From contig OZ245033.1 of the NCBI GenBank assembly GCA_965224025.1, forward strand, positions 4,576,001-4,640,000: 64,000 nucleotides of DNA, in the 5' to 3' direction. The stretch comes from Candidatus Multivorans sp. (GTDB lineage: Bacteria > Acidobacteriota > Thermoanaerobaculia > Multivoradales > Multivoraceae). This document shows positions 59,937-64,000 of the stretch, one piece after another. Position numbers and translations under genes: made by a program. Under the pieces are notes generated by a model. That model searched no databases. It was not told where the DNA came from and saw only the letters and a program-made list of their open reading frames with translations. How positions within the stretch are numbered: the first letter of the stretch is position 1; each line of letters starts with the position of its first letter.

Positions 59937-61415
59937 CTACGTGCCGTCGCCGACCAAGTCCCCCACCAGTCCCCAGAACTTCGTCTTCCTGTCATGGGTC
60001 TGCAGCAGATTCGCCAAGTACTCGTCGTGGGAGTGGAAGCCGCGGTAGTCGCTGATCCTCTGCGCCAGCCCGGTGCATTCCAGAAGTTGCCTCGCCGCGT
60101 GCCGGTAGCGGGTGGAACGCGCGTTGCCCAGTGTGAAGTCCATCAGCGCCCGCAGCGCCAGGGTCGCCGCGAGGGGATGGTCAGAGGCCAGTGAGGAGAC
60201 CGCAGCATTCAAGGTGCCGTAGAGACCACCATTCAGTTCCCTCGCTCTTCGCACGATGAGAGCGGCGGCGCCTGGCAGATCGGGCCAAGCGAGCAGAAAG
60301 GCGAGCGCCTTGTGCACGTCGTGGTAGTCGGCGGCGCAGGCCAGGGCGGTTTCCGTTGCCGCCTCCTTCTCGGAAGCCGGCAATCGTTTCAGGTATGCGC
60401 TCAGGCGCTCCGAGTCGAGTCTGCTCTCGAAGTCCATCCACCGATTGGCCTGAGCCTCGGCGCTCCGACCGAGCGCATCCAGAACGGCGATTCTGGCATC
60501 GCTCCATTCCCTCCTGGGGTGTGGGCCGCTGTCCGTTGCATGATCGGCCTCCTGGAGAATCTCCAGCGCTTCCTCCGCCCGATTTGCAGCGAGGAGCCGC
60601 TGCGCGATCTCAGCCGCGAAGACCGGGGTCGTCCGCCGTTGCTGGTCGAACTGGGCCACGAAGGCGTCCACGTCTCCCCGCGCGTCGGCGATGTCCGTTA
60701 GAGCCTGAGGGACGGTGTACTTCAGCAGATAAGAGACATCGCGCCTTCCGCCGTTGTCCGCGTCGCCTGCGGCCCAAGGGCCGGCCACGACGTTGCTCGG
60801 CGCAGCGTCGGACGCGGCGCCACCCCTGCTGTCCCGGAATGCGAGCACCTTCCGCCGCAAGTGATCCAGGCCCGTCTCGCCCAGTGCGGGCGCCAGCTCG
60901 CCGATCAGGCCGTCGTACTGACCCAGGGTGTTGCTCAACAGTGCCTCGAAGACCTTTCCGGAGAGCTTCACCGGGTCGGGTCGGGCCGCCTCCGTGGCAC
61001 GTCCGAGGTCCGCCCGGGCACGCCGGAACACATCGCCGACGAGGCCATCGCTGTCGTCGCACCGTTGAAGGACCCGATCCGCCACGCTCATGAATCGCCA
61101 GAGAACGTCCACAGCCAGCTTTGGGTCGCACCCGGCCACAAACGTCTCGATCGCTTCCCGTTGCGTGTCCAGATCCCGGGCCAACCGGCCGGCGCGCGAG
61201 CGGCGGACGAACGTCCTGGAGTGCGCTAGCGCAGTCAACCGCTTGCGTATCTCGCTGGCCGCCGCCTTCGGACTCTCCGCAGCGGCGATCTCCAGCCTGA
61301 GGACCCGCTGGGCAGCCGCGTCGTGGGACGTCGCGTCGATGAGCAGCTCCGCGAGGCGTCGAGCCCCCAGCGAAACCAGGGTCGCAGTGTTCAGTCCGCT
61401 CTTCTTCGCCACCAC
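59937..61415 (-). CDS. DUF6880-like helical protein
   Basis: LN...[48 protein letters not shown]. Confidence 0.75.
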   Translation of the reverse strand: MVAKKSGLNTATLVSLGARRLAELLIDATSHDAAAQRVLRLEIAAAESPKAAASEIRKRLTALAHSRTFVRRSRAGRLARDLDTQREAIETFVAGCDPKLAVDVLWRFMSVADRVLQRCDDSDGLVGDVFRRARADLGRATEAARPDPVKLSGKVFEALLSNTLGQYDGLIGELAPALGETGLDHLRRKVLAFRDSRGGAASDAAPSNVVAGPWAAGDADNGGRRDVSYLLKYTVPQALTDIADARGDVDAFVAQFDQQRRTTPVFAAEIAQRLLAANRAEEALEILQEADHATDSGPHPRREWSDARIAVLDALGRSAEAQANRWMDFESRLDSERLSAYLKRLPASEKEAATETALACAADYHDVHKALAFLLAWPDLPGAAALIVRRARELNGGLYGTLNAAVSSLASDHPLAATLALRALMDFTLGNARSTRYRHAARQLLECTGLAQRISDYRGFHSHDEYLANLLQTHDRKTKFWGLVGDLVGDGT

Positions 61416-61479
61416 ATCCTCCTGCGCCCGTCTTCACCAGCATCCGCGGCTGGCCCGAAGGCACGCAGTCTACGCGGCG

Positions 61480-61651
61480 CCGGTGTGTGGGCGCGCCAGA
61501 AGTACGCGCGTTCGTGCCACGGTTGCAGTTGGCGCACGACCAGCGCTTCGGTGAGCTGGTCCAAGTATCGACGGACCGTGGTGTCGGAGACTCCGAAGGA
61601 GCGCCCAAACTCGGAACCGTTCCGGATCAGCCCGTGTCAGTGCGCGAGCAT
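61480..61651 (-). pseudogene. remnant of a DUF4143 AAA+ ATPase gene
   Basis: [31 protein letters not shown]....[10 protein letters not shown]|RAYFW aligns with the 8360-9520 protein, with an internal stop and a deletion. Confidence 0.75.
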
Positions 61652-61677
61652 GGCCCCGCCCGCGAACCCGGTGGCGG

Positions 61678-62760
61678 CTACTCGCCGAGGCAAATGCCGA
61701 GGTCGCGGGCGGTGGCGACGACGTCGGCTTCGAGGGGGACGCTCTTCATGCGGCAGACGGCACGTTCGAGGGGGACGGCGCGCACCGTGGGCGGGTCGAG
61801 GGCGACCATGACGCCGAACTTGCCCTCTTCGATTTGGCGGACGGCGGCGGCGCCGAAGCGCAGCGCGATCAGGCGGTCGTAGGGAATCGGTTGGCCGCCG
61901 CGCTGGAGATGGCCCAACGTCACGGTCCGGGTCTCCTTGCCGGTGCGTTCGTGAATCTCGGCGGCTACGCACTCGGCGACGCCGCCCAGGCGCTCGACCC
62001 GGCCGCCTCCGACGCCCTTCGACCACGTGAAGTCGCCGCCGATCGGCCGGGCGCCCTCGGCCGCCACGACCACAGCCGAGTGCCGGCCGCGTCTCTCACG
62101 CGCCATCAGGTGATCGCAGACTTCCTCCATGTCGTATGGGATCTCGGGGATCAGGACGACCTGGGCGGTCGCCGCGACGCCGGCAAACAGGGCGATCCAG
62201 CCGGCGTAGCGGCCCATCAACTCGACGACGAAGATGCGGTCGTGCGCCTCGGCGGTCGAATGCAGGCGTTCGATCGCCGCCGTCGCCACGTCGACGGCGG
62301 TGTGGAAGCCGAAGGTGACGTTGGTGCCGGCCAGATCGTTGTCGATCGTCTTCGGCACGCCGACCACCGGCACGCCGAGACCATGCAGCTTGAGCGCCAG
62401 CCGCATCGAGCCGTCGCCTCCCACGGCCACCAGGGCGTCGAGGCCGAGACGATGGAAGCCCGCGACGGCTTCCTCGGTTACGTCCTCCACGACGACCGAG
62501 CCGTCGTCCTGCTCGCCCCGGCGCTCGAACGGGTTCGCGCCGCTGCGAGTGCCCAGGATGGTGCCGCCGAGGTGGGTCGTGCCGCGCACCGCGTCGCGGT
62601 CGAGGATGCGGATCTGGCTGGGGTCGAAGAAGGCGCCGTAGCCGCGCAGAAGGCCGACGACCTCCCAGCCGCGGCGGATCGAGGCCAGGGTCACCGCCCG
62701 GATCACCGCGTTGAGGCCGGGTGCGTCGCCGCCGCCGGTGCTGATGCCGACCCGCTTCAT
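61678..62760 (-). CDS. pfkA: 6-phosphofructokinase
   Basis: TGGGDAPGLNAVI, GGTILGT, GGDGS, PKTIDND, ELMGR, LGHLQRGG. Confidence 0.95.
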   Translation of the reverse strand: MKRVGISTGGGDAPGLNAVIRAVTLASIRRGWEVVGLLRGYGAFFDPSQIRILDRDAVRGTTHLGGTILGTRSGANPFERRGEQDDGSVVVEDVTEEAVAGFHRLGLDALVAVGGDGSMRLALKLHGLGVPVVGVPKTIDNDLAGTNVTFGFHTAVDVATAAIERLHSTAEAHDRIFVVELMGRYAGWIALFAGVAATAQVVLIPEIPYDMEEVCDHLMARERRGRHSAVVVAAEGARPIGGDFTWSKGVGGGRVERLGGVAECVAAEIHERTGKETRTVTLGHLQRGGQPIPYDRLIALRFGAAAVRQIEEGKFGVMVALDPPTVRAVPLERAVCRMKSVPLEADVVATARDLGICLGE

Positions 62761-62820
62761 CGAACTGTGGAGATTCGCACAGTGACGCGGTTACCGTCTA
62801 CCGCGTAGCGGCGGTTAGCG

Positions 62821-62850
62821 CCCGATGCGGGCGAGACGCCCGCGTGCCAG
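62821..62850 (+). repeat. REP-like family A copy
   Basis: CCCGATGCGGGCGAGACGCCCGCGTGCCAG hairpin just past the MBL gene stop. Confidence 0.75.
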
Positions 62851-62855
62851 GGGCG

Positions 62856-63875
62856 TCAGTCCGAGTTCTCGAGGCGGGAGTACATCCGCTGGACCTCCAC
62901 GTCGGAGGGATTGCGGAAGCCGGTGTCCGACATGTCGATCGTCTCGATCGCCTCCTCGACGGAGACCCCAGCCGCGTGCTTCTCGGCGGTTCGCTGCCAG
63001 AGGGCGCGGTAGTAGTCCTGCGATTTCTCGATCGGACTCAGGTCGGTCATCGGCGTGCCATGTCCGGGAACGACGATGTCGAAGTCCAGCGCCTTGAGGT
63101 TCTCCAAGGTCCCGGGCCACTCGTCGACGTAGCCGTCACCGAGGAACGACGGTCCGCCGAACAGGATGTCGCCGGTGAAGACGAGCTTGTCCTGCGGGAA
63201 GTAGACCACCACGTCTCCGCCGGTGTGGGCCCGTCCCAGGAAGATGACCTGGATCTCGCGGCCGCCCCGGAACAGGGTCATCTTTTCGTTCATCGTCACG
63301 TCGGGCGGCAGCGGAGCGATCTCGTCGAAGTCCGCCGCGTGGGCGGCGAACATCGCGCGGTAGGTCTCGATCCCTTCGCGCTCCTCGTCGTCCTCGGCCG
63401 CCTCGATCTGCTCCGCGAGCCGCTCCAGCGTCGCAGCGTTCCCGGCCAGCCCACGCAGGTAGGTCGGCTCCTCGTGAGCGCCGGTCGCCAGTTTCATCCG
63501 CGTGTACTCGTGGCCGATGATCGGGATGTCGGCGAACTCCTGGTTGCCGTGGGCGTGGTCCCAGTGGTAGTGGGAGTTGATCAAGGCCGTGACGGGCTTG
63601 TCCGTAATCGCCGGAATCGAGGCGATCAGGTCGCGGGCCTTGGACGGCGTCACGTGGGAATCCACGATGACGACGTCCCCGTCGTTCACGATCACCAGCG
63701 AGTTGCTGTTGAACACCTGGGCCGTGGTCTGGGTCAGCCAGATGCCGTTCCGGACCTCCATGAAGCGGTGGGTGTCCGTGGTCGTGGTCCACTCCTGCGC
63801 CGACAGCGAACCCGCCGCAAACACCGTGGCCGCGGCGAGCGCGGCACGAATCGTCAGTCGAAGAGTGTGTCTCAT
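62856..63875 (-). CDS. secreted MBL-fold metallo-hydrolase
   Basis: Signal peptide, SHYHWDHAHGN, AHTGGD, FTGD, VPGHG. Confidence 0.92.
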   Translation of the reverse strand: MRHTLRLTIRAALAAATVFAAGSLSAQEWTTTTDTHRFMEVRNGIWLTQTTAQVFNSNSLVIVNDGDVVIVDSHVTPSKARDLIASIPAITDKPVTALINSHYHWDHAHGNQEFADIPIIGHEYTRMKLATGAHEEPTYLRGLAGNAATLERLAEQIEAAEDDEEREGIETYRAMFAAHAADFDEIAPLPPDVTMNEKMTLFRGGREIQVIFLGRAHTGGDVVVYFPQDKLVFTGDILFGGPSFLGDGYVDEWPGTLENLKALDFDIVVPGHGTPMTDLSPIEKSQDYYRALWQRTAEKHAAGVSVEEAIETIDMSDTGFRNPSDVEVQRMYSRLENSD

Positions 63876-64000
63876 GGATCCTCCCTCTCGTGGTCCGCCG
63901 ACTTCCGGCGGGACGCTAGAATACGCCAACCCGATGGTGTTTTCCGTCTTCCCGATGCCCGTCGCAGCCAGACCGGCCCTCGCCTTGATCTGCTTCGCCG

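Noticed and set aside
1-64000. tRNA, rRNA, integrase or prophage structural genes
   Set aside because: None recognised by eye; a covariance-model scan would be needed to exclude small RNAs.

Overview
High-GC bacterial chromosomal window. The gene content (GWxTD/VWA protein, F420-dependent LLM enzymes, PhyH, many toxin-antitoxin pairs) suggests an Acidobacteriota-like genome, possibly host-associated; this is inference. Housekeeping and metabolic genes (leuS, rpmE2, feoB with a DtxR-FeoA fusion, pntAB, pfkA, ccmC, a PQQ dehydrogenase, hydrolases) are interleaved with three accessory regions. (1) 5.3-9.5 kb: a ~3 kb islet bracketed by a duplicated 3' end of a DUF4143 ATPase gene, holding a Phd-VapC pair and a collapsed, array-less CRISPR-Cas relic (cas7 type I-G, cas4, cas1, cas2). 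(2) 32.7-42.4 kb: a methylase-less DISARM-like operon of NERD-helicase, drmA, drmB, an SF1 helicase and an unknown protein with a possible DarT/ART-like fold. (3) 54.3-61.7 kb: a defence island with an ISL3-interrupted HNH gene coupled to a minimal nucleotidyltransferase, plus a type II R-M pair. A tightly coupled six-gene operon at 18.7-25.7 kb (ferric reductase-Rieske, OlsB-like, OlsA-like, hydrolase-DedA-ATP-grasp) is a candidate uncharacterised amino-lipid pathway. Two short palindromic repeat families occur, some copies inside coding sequence. No rRNA, tRNA or CRISPR array was seen. All family calls come from motif recognition by eye; no database search was run.
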